NCBI RefSeq assembly: GCF_006345805.1
Contig: NC_043002.1
Location: forward strand, 42,656,001 to 42,720,000
Length of the DNA: 64,000 bases
Direction of reading: 5' to 3'
Source of the DNA: Octopus sinensis
Taxonomy: Eukaryota
The position numbers and the translations under genes were made by a program. Shown here one piece after another: positions 26,093-39,585 of the stretch (the stretch's first letter is position 1; every line of letters starts with the position of its first letter). Under the pieces are notes generated by a model. That model worked only from the letters and a program-made list of their open reading frames with translations, was not told the DNA's origin and did not search any database.

Positions 26093-26250
26093 CATAATCA
26101 TTTAACGCTTGTTTTCATATTGGTATGGGTTGGATGGTTTGACAAAGGAGATATCCATGCTCCATTTGTCTATTTTGGCATGGTTTCTACGGGTGGATGC
26201 CCTTCCTAACGCCAACCATTTTACTGAGTGTGGTGGGTGCTTTTTGTGTG
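26093..26250 (-). mobile_element. RTE 3' tail fragment
   Basis: catttaacg...ggatgcccttcctaacgccaaccattttactgagtgt, the same 3' end as the RTE copies. Confidence 0.65.
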
Positions 26251-26869
26251 ACGCCTGCATGTAAACATATCTAAACATGTGTGTTTCTCGTGGAAATATT
26301 ACTTTGAGGAATAGGTGCATGTTGGCGAGAGGAAGTGCTTCCAAAACCTGCCTCAATGAATTTTGTCTGACCATTAAGCTGATGGTGATAAACACAGGAA
26401 TAGTTTTGTGCAAGCTCGTTCACAACTGTGGACAAGCAACTTACAAGTGAATTTAGGTGACAGAAACTGTGTGAGAACACACAACCACATCCTTGTGTTT
26501 GTTCCCTGAACCGCTAGACAACTGGCGTTGGTTTGTTTATGTGCCAGTGATTTAGGGGCCAACAAAAAGAAATCAACAAAATACACATGTAAATAATCTA
26601 AAAGAAATATATGTGAACATTTAAATTTGCAAAACTCGAGTTTTGTATCTAGTAGAATTAATACACGAGATAATTTATTACATTTTTTGAAAGAGTTTTC
26701 TAGACTTTGGAGTTGTACTTGAGTTTATGCGTTGAAATTGAAATGGTTATATTGTCTGCAAGAACTTTTCAATACTGCACAAAGCTGTTAAATTCATTTT
26801 GAATTTCACTTTCTTTCACAAGATGTTAAGATTATCATCACATTACTGTGACCTGGACCAAGTATGGTA

Positions 26870-27350
26870 GCTAAAATAAGAAGGGCCGCAGAAAGTTCAG
26901 GGAATTTAACTTTATTGGTAACAATGGGTTTACTCTTCAAAAGTCAGGGGCAGATTGTATGATGTTTGTGTGCGAAATGTGCTGCTTCAAGACAGCAAAG
27001 ATGTGGGCCTTGATTGTGGAAGACTGTGGAGACTAAAAGGAAATGAGGTGAGCATGCTTCACTCGATGTGAAGTGTTAGAGCGCATGAATGATAAAGTGT
27101 AAATGAACTGAGATAAAAACTGGGTACAAGAGGAATCAGATGTAGTGTGCAAGGGAGCAGAAGACACTGATATGAGCATGTGATGCAAATGAAGGATGAC
27201 AACTGTAAAAGCAAGCAGCTAGCACTCAAAGTGAATGGTACCCAAAGAAGAAGGAGACCACAGACGACTAGGATGAGGTATTGAAAAATGATCTCAAGAT
27301 GTTAGATCTGATGAAAGAGTCCTTCAAACACAAACAGTACAATAGCCAGA
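26870..27350 (+). mobile_element. Decayed RTE RT C-terminal fragment
   Basis: ...ggcagattgtatgatgtttgtgtgcga... corresponds to the [11 protein letters not shown] segment. Confidence 0.6.
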
Positions 27351-28189
27351 CAAGTTTATGAGAGATTACAAACAAACAGTACTGCTACTATGATAATAAA
27401 ACTTGCTTATAATTTGTATGTACCAAATCAAAGACACATGAACAAACACATACACGATGGAGTCCTTTCAGTTTCCCTCAACCAAATCCATTTAAAAGAC
27501 TTTGGTCTGTCTGAAACTATAGAAAACACTTGTCTAGGGTGCTGTACAGTGGGAAAAACCCCCAAATCAGGTGGTTATGAGGTGACTTTATCTGCATCAG
27601 AACATGTATGTATATATGTATATGTACACAGACAAAAATATATATACATATATATATATATACATACATATAAAATTTATTTAACATCATAGTACATGGG
27701 TTAAGACACTACTAACAGTTTCATATGTTGACAGAACTCAAACATATTTTTCAGGTGCAAACCACATATAACAAACTAACGAAATTGAATAATAGAAGAA
27801 ATGCGAAATAAACTGAGAAGGCAGCATATAGAAAACGCAGACAGTAAACAATGGAAAACAGTAACTAAAATGTCAAAAATAAAATGTAAAAGATAAAAGA
27901 GCTATCCTCCTTAGATCTTAAATGGTAAAGCTGGAAAGATACCAAGTCAGTCAGGAATATGCAGACTTTTCCAATTCTTCAGAATATACTTATACATATG
28001 CATGCAACCACTGAAAATTTCTGACCTGGAGTTCAATAGAGAGTTAGGGATCTCAGATCTAAACAGGATCTGTACTCTTTCAGCCAAACATATACACACC
28101 GGGTGCATCAGATACTTGAGAACTAAACTTTTAAAACTCATAAGTAGCTCAAACTTTAAGTATTTTTCTCATTTTCCAACCCCAACATG

Positions 28190-28930
28190 AAAGCTTTGAA
28201 TCTAACACAGATAAAGAAAATGAAAGCAATTAGCATCACCTTAACGGCAGCCAACCAAAACGATTCTGAGATTACTACTTTCTTAAATGGCACCAGGTCC
28301 TTCATGTTTAAAATCAGAAAAGAGTTCCTGGCTTCAAGCAGGTATGTGTCTTCTGTGGCCAAAGGAAAAAAAAAAATCCTGACAGAAAAGCCAAGTTTGT
28401 CTGGTAAGTTTAAGGCATCATCAATAAAAATCTTGGCAGGTCAGTGAGGGCCATTGCTATTCATCTTTTCCCTGCAAAAAAGGCATGGAAGGATGATGAG
28501 ACATGGTGCATAAAGATATCAGGTACAAATGAGATAAGAGCAGTTTCTGTCTGATGAGAAGGATTTTGACTGATGGCTTTGCACCAGTCCCACTGAAGTC
28601 CCCATCGTTATGCATGCTAACTCCCCAAAGTCTGAGATGGGTCATGAGCAATGAGGGCCATACCATGGCTCCTTACTTTCCTGCAAAGTCTAGGGATCAA
28701 TTTGGTAGCAAACATCAAGACAATGGGGATGGTTGTTAATCCCTGGATAGAGAGAGTTGCTCAAGGGAGGCCATGTGTGTTCCAGCAAGAGACTGCTCCC
28801 TGTCACAGCCTAGATGAGTCAAGAGTGGAAGATTGAAAATTTTTACAATCATGTTACTCCAAACATTGGGGTAGCTCTCATGATTCAAACTACCTGGACA
28901 ACTACATCTGGGGCACTAATGAGAGGGAGA
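28190..28930 (+). mobile_element. Tc1/mariner (DD37D/maT-like) transposase relic
   Basis: ORF fragments NDSEITTFLNGTRSFMFKIRKE, VMSNEGHTMAPYF and PWIERVAQGRPCVFQQETAPCH; frameshifted. Confidence 0.8.
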
Positions 28931-29149
28931 CCAACCTTAACTATTTTATTTTATATTCAACCATGCTTTTATTAGTTCCAGCTGAAGGGTTGTGGCTACG
29001 TTGTAGAATCACTCATAAAATTGACAGTTTTACATGAACCAACTTTTGGTGAATGAGTGATTTTGATGCGTTGCCCTCAATTGTTTTTCTTGCTGTGATG
29101 TCAGTGTGATTGGGTCTACAGATAGTTGAGTATTGAGGTGTTTCTTAAA

Positions 29150-29880
29150 TACATTTACATCTACTCCATGTAGATTTCTCATTATCTTTGGAAACCAATT
29201 GAAAAGCTAATATTGTGAACCCTGAATTATTGCAGTATATGGTTCTGTCATGGGGAAGATGGGACCTCAAGGACTATGCTGTATTAACAACTACAAGGAT
29301 TGGCATAGACCTCAACATCAAAGTTTGGTGTTAGCCCTTGAAGAAGCTTCCATGTATAGATTATTGCATATCCTACTCATCCACTCTCCAGAGAGTAGAG
29401 TTTTAACACTTTCAACCTTCTAGTAGCTTTGCTGTTGTATTAGGACAATCTTTTTCTTAAGCAGCATTGGATTGCTTCTAGATCTGCAGTTTATACTGTT
29501 TAGTGACTGTAATTATGAACAGTAGACCAGAGAACTGAGGACAAATGTCCACCATAAAAACAGTTTCCTGTTCACTCATTACTGGATGCCTCAAAATCCA
29601 GCTAGCCAACCAACTTTCCACACATTGTTGCAACTGTATAACGCATTCATGAAAAGATGCGTCATTACTCATAATTGTTCCCAGGGTACACACAGAGTGT
29701 GACTCTGGAATTGCAATCCCTCCACTTATTATGTACCTTAGATGATGGATGATTGTGGGCTGATAGTAAAGAGCTTATTTTCTTCAGCTCACTAGTAGAT
29801 TGCATTAAAATCTTGCTGTAGGCTTGCATCATCACTGCCTGATATACTTTTGCATTGTTAGCATAGTTCATGAGTGGTTG
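29150..29880 (-). mobile_element. Decayed RTE (BovB-like) RT fragment
   Basis: ORFs 29665-29871 (NYANNAKV, a YADD relic) and 29478-29693 (CTLGTIMSNDAS, an FxYLGS relic). Confidence 0.55.
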
Positions 29881-30190
29881 TTAGTAAAACTAAAGGAGTG
29901 TCCAACTGCTACGAACAACAATGTTCTAGAGCTAGTCCTGTGCAGGACTATCCAGATGGTATTGCTGTTATAGTAGTTCAAAAGTCAGTGTTTTCTTAGA
30001 GAGGGCCTCACTGGGTGCAAACATTTGAACTCTGCCCCTCAAAAAGTCAAATATCCACTCTCCTAGTTTGTCCTATGCAAAGACGAAGTTTGCCACAGAC
30101 CATATCATGGTTGATTTTATCAACAGGCTTCACAAAGTCAATAACAATAACGTCCATGTTTGAATGACTGAGTAGCTTTCTGCACCTGGT
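29880..30190 (-). mobile_element. Decayed CR1-type RT fragment
   Basis: MDVIVIDFVKPVDKINHDMVCGKLR resembles the CR1 motif VDVIYLDFAKAFDKVDH..L..KL. Confidence 0.6.
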
Positions 30191-30201
30191 CATGTACAAA
30201 C

Positions 30202-30256
<55 letters not shown>

Positions 30257-30647
30257 TCTATTTATTCCAATTTTTCCTTTTTAAATTTGCATGTTGGCAT
30301 GAATTAGACAAAGATTCATTGGAGCAGTATTTTATGGTCCTTCTCACCAACATTTACTTGTTCTTAAAGATAATTTCACTGGTTGTCACCTGTCGAAAGC
30401 ACAGAGCTTCACGACATATTGCTTACAAGCTATGTATAAATCACATCACTGTTTTGCTCAAATAACGTCATGTGAAAACACACCAACAAACACTTTCATG
30501 ATAGAATTCCCTACAATTTCACTCACAAAGCGTTGGCTATTTCAATGTTTTTGTAGAAGACATTTGCCAAGGTGTCATGCAACTTGGGCAAACCCATGTA
30601 GTTACAAATTGAACTCTTTATCTATACAAAGATATGCATCTATGTAA

Positions 30648-30695
<48 letters not shown>

Positions 30696-30697
<2 letters not shown>

Positions 30698-31658
30698 TCA
30701 TCATCATTTAACGTCCGCTTTCCATGCTAGCATGGGTTGGACGGTTCAACTGGGGTCTGGGGAGCCCGAAAGCCGCACCAGTCCAGTCAGATCTGGCAGT
30801 GTTTCTACAGCTGGATGCCCTTCCTAACGCCAACCACTCCGAGAGTGTAGTGGGTGATTTTATGTGCCACCGACACAGGTGCCAGACGAGGCTGGCAAAC
30901 GGCCACGCTCGGATGGTGTTTTTTATGTGCCACCGACACAGGTGCCAGACGAGGCTGGCAGACGGCCACGCTCGGATGGTGTTTTTATGTGCCACCGACA
31001 CAGGTGCCAGATGAGGCTGGCAAACGGCCACGATCGGATGGTGCTTGCTACGTGCCCACAGCACGGAGGCCAGTCGATGCGGCACCGGCTACGGCCACGT
31101 TCGGACAGCCCCCTTGTGTGCCACGTGCCACTGGCACTGGCACCACAAAGATACAAATTCCATTGATGTTCATCTATTTTGATTTGTTTTGATTTTCACT
31201 TGCCTCAACAGGTCTTATCAAGTGTCACAAGAAGGAAGGTATGCACAGGTGGACTGACTACGTCCCAGGTAGGGGCCATGGGTTATGGCCTGACTAGTCT
31301 TGCCGGGTCTTCGGATGGTGTTTTTATGTGCCACCGACACAGGTGCTAGATGAGGCTGGCGAACGGCCACGATCGGATGGTGTTTGTCATGTGCCCACCG
31401 CACTGACTACAGCACTGATGGATTTCTTGTGTGCCACAGGCACTGGTACCACAAGATACAAATTCCATTGATGTTCATCTATTTTGTCTATTTTGATTTG
31501 ATTTGATTTAATTTTAATTTTCACTTGCCTCAACCGGTCTTCACAAGTGTCACAAGAAGGAAGGTATGCACAGGTGGACTGACTAGTCTTGCCGGGTCTT
31601 CGGAAGGTGTTTTTATGTGCCACCGACACAGGTGCCAGATGAGGCTGGCAAACGGCCA
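30696..31658 (-). mobile_element. RTE 3'UTR modular tandem array (5'-truncated copy)
   Basis: Begins (cat)n-ttaacgtccgctttccatgc next to (TA)n; near-identical reverse complement of about 42030-42990 and matches 58833 onward. Confidence 0.85.
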
Positions 31659-32337
31659 TAAATAAATACAGTGTACATTTAAACACATAAGAGGCATTCA
31701 TCATAGGATTCCTTATATGCTAGAGAGAACAGTTAAATTCCAAACCACTATTAGGGATAAAATTTCAAAGGGAATAAAAAATAAAAACATTTACCATCTA
31801 ACTCCTGGACCAATGGTTTCAGACTTTCTGAATAAAATAATTTGCTAGGCGAAGTCTTCTTCAGCAGGCACACCTTAAATATACATGAGGCAATCCAGTA
31901 TATGCCCTGTGCTTATACATTCTAATTTTTCAAATCTACCGTGCAAGTGCAGCTCCTTGTCAGCAGTAAATAAAATTGCCAGCTTTTCAATTCGAAAATT
32001 AGCAATAATTAATAATATCAAAGAGTAATCAGAAATATTAGAAATTTCCATTACCAGTGGCCTAGCATGTAAAAATTTAGTCAATAGACTATATATTATT
32101 CACATATATACACTGTACATTTAAACACATAAGAGGCATCCATCATAGGATTCCTTGCATGCTAGAGAGAACAGTTAAATTTCCAAACCACTATTAGGGA
32201 TAAAATTTCGAAATTTAAATGTACACTGTATTTATGCGAATAATATATAGTCTATTGACTAAATTTTTACACGTTAGGCCACTGGTAATGGAAATTTCTA
32301 ATATTTCTGAATAATCCCTTGGATATTATTAATTATA
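31657..32337 (-). mobile_element. Non-coding Penelope/retrozyme-like element: 442-bp terminally redundant unit plus inverted extension
   Basis: 31672-31766 is repeated at 32114-32209 (period 442); 32214-32337 is the inverted copy of about 32005-32123; carries the hammerhead at 31804-31868. Confidence 0.65.
31804..31868 (-). ncRNA. Type I hammerhead ribozyme, canonical (GUC; predicted cleavage between 31808 and 31807)
   Basis: Minus strand: cctg-CTGAAGA-agactt(25-nt loop)aagtct-GAAA-cc att gg-TC-cagg; all three helices pair perfectly. Confidence 0.85.
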
Positions 32338-32349
32338 TACATATATAGG

Positions 32350-32680
32350 TGCAGGAGAGGCTGAGTGGAACCTTGGGCAAATGTCTTCTATAGCCTCGGG
32401 CTGACCAAAGCCTCGTCTGTAAGAAACCTGTTTTATATATATATATATATATATACATACGTGTGTGTGTGTGTGTGTGTGTATTTGTCCCGGAACCATG
32501 GCTTGACAACTGATGTTGGTGTGTTTATGCCCCCGTAACCTACTGATTTGGCAGAAGAGACAGATAGAATAAGTACTAGGCTAACAAAAAGTAAGTCCTG
32601 GGCGTCTATTTGTTCGACTAAAGGCAGTGCTCCAGCATGGCCACAGTCAAACGACTGAAACAAATAAAAGAATAAAGAAT
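32350..32680 (+). mobile_element. SINE (family of 7520), internally deleted head
   Basis: ccttgggcaaatgtcttctatagcctcgggctgaccaaagcc...gaagagacagatagaataagtactagg...ccagcatggccacagtc. Confidence 0.7.
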
Positions 32681-33670
32681 ATATATATTCCTATATACAT
32701 CTTGCATACAGCCATCACTTTAGAAGGGTTGGATGGGCCATTACAGCCTGAATCAGATCTTACTTGGTGTTAGTACTGTCCTATGTTGCTCACACACTTC
32801 AGTTTTGGTTTGGTTTTGATGGCTGAACAGAAACTGTGCTATGTCTCCCTTCATGACCTTCATAACCAGATCCAGTAGTTTGATCCTCTGTAATTTCCTC
32901 TCTGTAAGGCATCTCCTAAGCCTTTTTAGCAGTTTATGATGATACTGCCATGCCAGTCACTGAGTTTCACATCTTCCCCAATTACATGATTAACTATCAA
33001 AGTGGTAATCACATATCTTATCACACCATATATTTTGAGCATCTCTGCATCTATCTCTGATGGATACACAACTTTCCTTTCCTTTATACCCTTAACTGCT
33101 TTATCTACCATGCTGCTCTCAACTTGAATTGCTGATCCTTCTGAAGGGCCAGCATGAAGTAGCTCCTCTTTATCTCATGCATTCTCTACATTTTCCCATT
33201 ATAGCACTTCTATGCCAATTCCTTGTCTTCCATATCAATGGTAAACCTAACTTCATGACCTTTTGGTTGTCTCTCAGTGTCTAGCAAAACATCTATTTAT
33301 CCATATGATACATGTGTGTGTGTGTGTGTGTGAGTGTATATACACACACACACATATATATGTAGGGACATACACATAGACATCCGCACACATATACATA
33401 GACATCTATATCTATATATATATGCATGAGTTCATATTCCACTTGTATTTGTTGGTTTGTAAACCAGTCCATCATGAAAGCATGTCCAAGCTGCGGATGT
33501 CTATGCATATGTGCGTGCGGACGTCTACATGTGTGCGGACATCTATGTGTGTGTGCGTGCGGATGTCTGTGTGGATGTCCCTATATATATACGTGTGTGT
33601 GTGCGGATGTCTATCAATAACTTGTTAATTGGTATTAGTTTACATCCTTCAAATTCTATTACACACAAAC

Positions 33671-33710
<40 letters not shown>

Positions 33711-34859
33711 ATATATATCTATATATATCTATATATCTATATATATATATCATGTTCATTTAATTTTAATATTCATATTCCATGCTGGTTTGGTTGGATG
33801 GCTTGACACAATTCACTAAGCCAGAGGGTTGAGTTGTGCTCCATGTCTGCTTTGGCAAATAGTTTATGGCTGGATGTTCTTCCTAATACTAGCCACTTAA
33901 CAGTGTGCTGAGTGCATTTTTGTGACAACAGCACAAGTGAGTTTACAAGAAACTTGCAAGACAAGATCTCTTGATAGTGTGGGGATGTAGAATTGAAGGA
34001 ATTGGCTTTTTGTTTGGTGTTGAGAAGCAAAAACATGACAGAAGAACAGGAATAGCTGTGATACATAGCTACCCCAGCAGGCAAAGGAGAAAGGATGGTG
34101 GAAATGCGGCATCAGGGCACCTCCTCAGAGTACAAGAAGTGGATAAAGAGAGACAGAGAATCGAGGAATGTTGTTTGATTATGTAGGCTCATGAGAATAT
34201 GAAAGGAGAATGACAGATGGTGGAGAAAAGTACAAAAGTGAAGGCAGTGAATAGTGAATATGGATGGAAGTATGGACAACTATGAATCTCAGTTTGGAGG
34301 AAATGTACAGAAAATATGAATGGATCAAAGAGGAGGAGGTAATACATAAAAGTGAGTTGGGGAACAACAGTTCAATAAAATTTGTAGATAGATAATAAAT
34401 AGAGAGATGAGAAGTGTGATCAGGAGAAAAGAGGCAGAGTGATCAAAATGAAGATCAGTGGATCAGGATGGATAGTGGGGATTACAATAAAAAAGAAAGA
34501 AAGGATAGGGATGCTTATGACCATCAGAAAAGTGTATTCAGGGGAAAGGAGCATTCACTGTAAAAATAGTAGCAAGTGGTTGTGCTGGGAGATGAAGACG
34601 AATGGCAAGGGAAGTAGTTTCAAAGAGAAGAATTACTGGTAGCACAGAAGAGGGTGAGTTTTATGTGTAGTTCTGTTCTCACACAACAACAGTAGCTGAG
34701 GAAACAGTGCCAGAATTAGAGAGGTGAAGGAGGGATTGATGTTACAAAGAGGAGTTGCTGAGAAGGGTTGACAAATACAAATAGGCTAAGGAGGCTAAGA
34801 CAGATTATATGCTTTTAGGACCTCAGTTTTTGCTGAGATAGGCAGGTCTTCTCAAGCAT

Positions 34860-36600
34860 CAGCAGATCACTATTCATCGCAGTCCTTTGTCATTCTTTAT
34901 ACAGCTATCCTCATCCATATGCATCACGTGACCACATCAGTGCAGTCTTTTCTTTTGCATACTATATCTGATGCTTCTAATGTTCAATTTTACTCTTACC
35001 CCCATTCACATGTTGTCCATGCACTCTGACAGTGCACATCCAACAGAGCATACTAGCTTCATTCCTCTTCATTTCTTTGAAGTCTTCACATGTCCTCTGC
35101 ATTCATGGCCCACATTTCACTACCATGTAACACAGCTGTTCATACAAGCATCATACAGTCTGCCTTTCACAACCAACGGAGATAATAGCTTTGAACTTTC
35201 TCCAGCTAGTTTGTATTCTAGCAATTAGGTCACCAATGTAACAGAAACTGTCTACTATTCTAAAGATTATCCTGGGCATTTCAGAAAATCTATTTCCTGT
35301 GCATTCCTAGTGTTTATTGCTCCTGCACATCTGCCACAAAGTCTACTTTCACTGTTAATCTTTCAGTGATTGCACTGTATCTCTTAAGTGCCCATAGTTT
35401 GCAACAAATAAACATCGAGGAATTATTACCAACACCTTTTCTACATAACGTACAGGGCCATTTGTCCAAAGGTATTGGTGTCCTGTCTGTCTTCGTGCTT
35501 ACTAAAACATTGGTTATTGCTAAGCTAATTTTAGGGCAATTCCATTCCAGGTTTTGCTTCCACATTTGAAATTTCTTACCTAATACTTCTATAGATTCAG
35601 TTATAAGAACAAGGTCATCCATTTACAGGAGTTTCCAAGGGCAACTGGTCTTAAACTCTTCTTTTATGGCCTGGAGGTTTATGATAATAGGAGGGAACTG
35701 AGAGCCAAGCCACGGCAAACCCTTATTTGCACATTAAATTTGATACTGTATTCATTAACTCACATCTGACAGCAACCTTGTACTTGTTTTGGATGACTCT
35801 TACCAGCCATTCATCTATTTCAGGCTTCCACAGTGTCCACCAGATTAGAATGTGATGGACCCACCCTGTTAAAGGCTTTCTCTGGGTCAGCAAAAGCTAA
35901 GTACAGCAGATTACTTTTGGCTAAAAACTTCTGTAGTTGCCTAACAAGGAAGGACATCAATAGTACTTCCTGGCACAAACCCAAATTGCATCTTATTTAG
36001 GCTAATTCTCTTCCTAATTAGTTGAGTTATAACTCTGTAACTTTTAAGACTTGGTCTAATAATTTGTTACCTCTCTAATTACTCCTTTCTAAAGCTTCTA
36101 CTTAACCCTTGTTACAAATGACTATAAAGCTGCCATACCAGTTGTTGAGTATAATACTTTACTGTACAACCTGATTAACTATATGGGTGGTTAGGCCATA
36201 TCCACCCTGCCAGATATTTCTTGCATAATATCTTGATTTTCTCAGATACATTGTCTTGCAATGTGGATCACCTGCTATCTCTGGTTCTCAGGCTGCAGAA
36301 TATTGGCAAACCTCTTCCTCTTGGAGTCTCCCCTTGCTAAGTACACTAGTCTCACTTCCAATCCTTCCAAGCCTGTCTCTTTGCTTTTATAACATGTAAC
36401 TTCACTGTTCCACAACAATCTCACACTCAGTCAAGCTGGAACTTAGTACTAGTCACAGATCTGGTCTGTACTACTCAGTAGGCTGTTTTATAAGAACTTT
36501 TAATTTTCTTCTGGTCACACATTTCAGTTTGGGCTTCTCTTAATTTCTGACTACTCAATAGATTTTTAAGCTTTCGTATCTTCCTTTATCAGACTGGCTT
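34860..36600 (-). mobile_element. Decayed RTE LINE (RT region with PHD-like insert)
   Basis: ORF 35314-35622(-) DDLVLITES...KWPCTLCRKGVGNNS...CCKLWA; MQFGFVPG at about 35990; boundaries approximate. Confidence 0.75.
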
Positions 36601-37129
36601 CTGTTTCTGAGTCTTTCTAGTTTATACATATATAATGTGTTTGTTGTGGTCAATATTTTTGGACCTTTAGGTTTCACATACCACAAGCCACATTTTAATT
36701 TTTTGATGTGTTCCTTGTGTGTTTACTTTGACACCATAGAGCAATATGAGTATGATTTCACCTATTTTTGTGAGTAATTTTAAAGAATGTGTAAGTCCTA
36801 TCTTCTTGGACACTTGTATCTAAGTGCTTTAAGATAGCTGGTTGTAAGTGCATGGTGAGTCTATGAGAGACTGGTGTATATGTCCAATATAACAACTTAA
36901 GTCCTCTAGTTTACAATTTTCAGTTTTATAATGAAATAGATAGATTACATTTGTCATTTGTAACTTCTACTCAAATTTACATTCTTGCAGAGGGTTATTG
37001 AAAGGGAGACATTTGGTTCTTTTCTTGAATACTAGTGGCTTAAAATGAAGCTTGGGTGTTATGTTTTACAAAATTTTTCATTATGTATTTGTCTATTTGA
37101 TAGCATTTATGCAAAAATATACACACAAG

Positions 37130-39150
37130 ACAGTGTGTGAAAGAGAATCGTGATGTCAGGAGAGAAATGTGTCTGCATGGATGATGGCTCACTTGCATTA
37201 AATGACGCTACAAGGAGAGAGACTTGGAGACATCACTATGAAAGGTTGATAGATGAAGAGAATGGGAGAGAGAGAGTCTGCCGAATGTCGACCCAACAGA
37301 GGGACCAGTTATCCAAATTGACAGTACCATGGTAGATAAAGCAATTAAGAGTATGAAGACAGTGAAAGACCCTGGCCAATCAGGAATCACCGCAAAGATG
37401 CTTAAAATATAAGGCGGTGTCGGCTATAGTTTAATCACCCATATAGTCAATCAGGTGATACATCAAGCAGTCATACCCAATGACTGGGGTAGCAGCACCA
37501 TAGTCAACTGCTACAAAGGTAAAGGATCAGGTAATGAAAATGATGGAGAGGGTCATAGCCCAACTACTTAGGGAGAAAGTCAGTCCAAAGGAGATGCAGT
37601 TTGGGTTTGTACCAGGGAAAAGCACCACTGTAGGAGAAATACCTAGTCAAAGATAAACCTCTGTACTTAGCTTTTGTTGACATGCGGAAAGCCTTTGACA
37701 GGGTCTCCAGATCCCTTATCTGGTGGTCAATGAGGAAACTAGGGATAGATAAATGGTTAGTGAGAGCTATATAAGCCATGTACAGGGATACTGTCAGTAA
37801 GGTGAGGGTTGGCAACGAGTAGTGAAGAATTCCGAGTAGGGGTCCACCAAGGATCAGTCTTCAGCCCCCTCTTATTCATCATAGTCCTCCAGGCAATAAC
37901 AGAAGAATTCAAGACAAGATGCCCCTGGGAGCTTCTCTATGCTGATGACCTTGCTCTAATAGCCGAGTCACTATCAGAAATGGAGAAGTTTCAGGTGTAG
38001 AAGCAAGGTCTAGAATTGAAGGGCCTTAGAGTCAACCTAGCAAAAACCAAAGTCTTAATAAGTAGCAAGGCAGGCAAACTACAAATCCCTTCAGGTAGAT
38101 GACCCTGCTCAATCCGTAGAAAAGGCGTAGGTAGAAACATGTACCCAGTGTAAGCTATGGACACAAGAGATTCAGCAATATCAAAGGAAGGCTAACTGGG
38201 AAGATAACTTTTGTGTGTGGCAAATGCTCAGGAGCAATAAACACTGAAAATGTGCAGAAAACAGCTTCTGTCACATTCCAGGGGAAAAAAACTACAAGTA
38301 GCTGAAAGCTTCTGTTACCTAGGTGACCAAGTCAGTATTGGGTGTGGATGCTCTGAAAGTGTAGCATCTAGAATAAGAATAGCCTGGGCAAAGTTCAGAG
38401 AGCTCCTACCTCTGCTGATGACAATGGGCCTCTCACTCAGAGTAAAAGGTAGACTGCATGACGCATGTGTGCGAACAGCCATGCTACATAGCAGTGAAAC
38501 ATGGGTCGTGACTGCTGAGGACACGCGTAAGCTTGTAAGGAATGAAGCCAGTATGCTCTGCTGGATGTGTAATGTCAGTGTGCATACACATGACAGAGTC
38601 TAAGCGCCCTGAGAGAAAAGTTGGACTTAAGAAGCATCAGATGTGGTGTGCAAGAGAGGTGAATGCGCTGGTATGGTCATGTGTTGCATAGTTGAGGACA
38701 GCTGTGTGAACAAGTGTCACACCCTAGCAGTAGAGGGAAACTGTGGAAGAGGTAGACCCAGGAAGACCTGGGATGAGGTGGTGAATATGACCCTCGAACA
38801 CTGGGTCTCACCGAGGAAATGACAAGTGACTGAGACCTTTGGAGATATGATGTGCTTAAGAAGACCCAGCAAGCTAAGTGAGACCGTAACCGTGCGAAAA
38901 CCTGTTGAGGCAAGTGAAATCATTGTTGTGGCCGATGACAGTACCACCAGATTGGCACCTGTATCAGTGGCACGTTAAAAGCACCATTCAAACGTGGTCG
39001 GTGCCAGTGACAGCTGACTGGTCCTAAGCCAGTGTTATGTAAAAAGCACCAGTCATGCGCGGTTGATGCCAGTACTGCCTGACTGGCCCTTGTGTCGGTG
39101 GCACACAAAGAGCACACACTACACTCTCTGAGTGGTTGACATTAGGATCA
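37130..39150 (+). mobile_element. RTE LINE, 5'-truncated, frameshifted
   Basis: EMQFGFVPGKST, VGVHQGSVFSPLLF, WELLYADDLAL, FCYLGDQVS and LHSSETW. Confidence 0.9.
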
Positions 39151-39585
39151 GCTATTCTTGCTGCAGACACTTCGCCTCTTTCATTAACCAACACAACAGT
39201 AGAATAATTGCTAATATCCACAGTGCCGATTCTCTTCTTAAAAATTGTAAAATATTTTAATTGTTAATGTATTAATTATATTAATGGAATTACATTTCAT
39301 ATATAATCGTTGACAATATGTATTTTAAATCTGCTCTTCGATTTAAGGTTTTTCCTCAATTTTTTTTATAATAGGATGGATTTATATTGAATTCATTTGT
39401 TTTGTTTATCGCATGATTAAGACCATTATTTGAAAGGACCAATGAAACAAATCCATTTTTAAAGGTGTATCCTTTAACTAGTTTTCATCATGTCATTATT
39501 TCTGTTCTATTTTAACAAAACTGTCTGACAAATGACAACGTGAAACTGAGTAACAGCTTTTGTTATATTTCTGCTGCTTTTACAT

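Noticed and set aside
30708-31704. ORFs of 100-168 aa recurring at 30.7-31.7, 41.6-43.0 and 58.9-60.9 kb
   Set aside because: They lie in the GC-richer tandem 3'UTR of the RTE, are open in several frames on both strands, and resemble no domain.
34050-34750. Purine-rich stretch possibly a decayed Penelope endonuclease on the minus strand
   Set aside because: No motif could be recovered with confidence.
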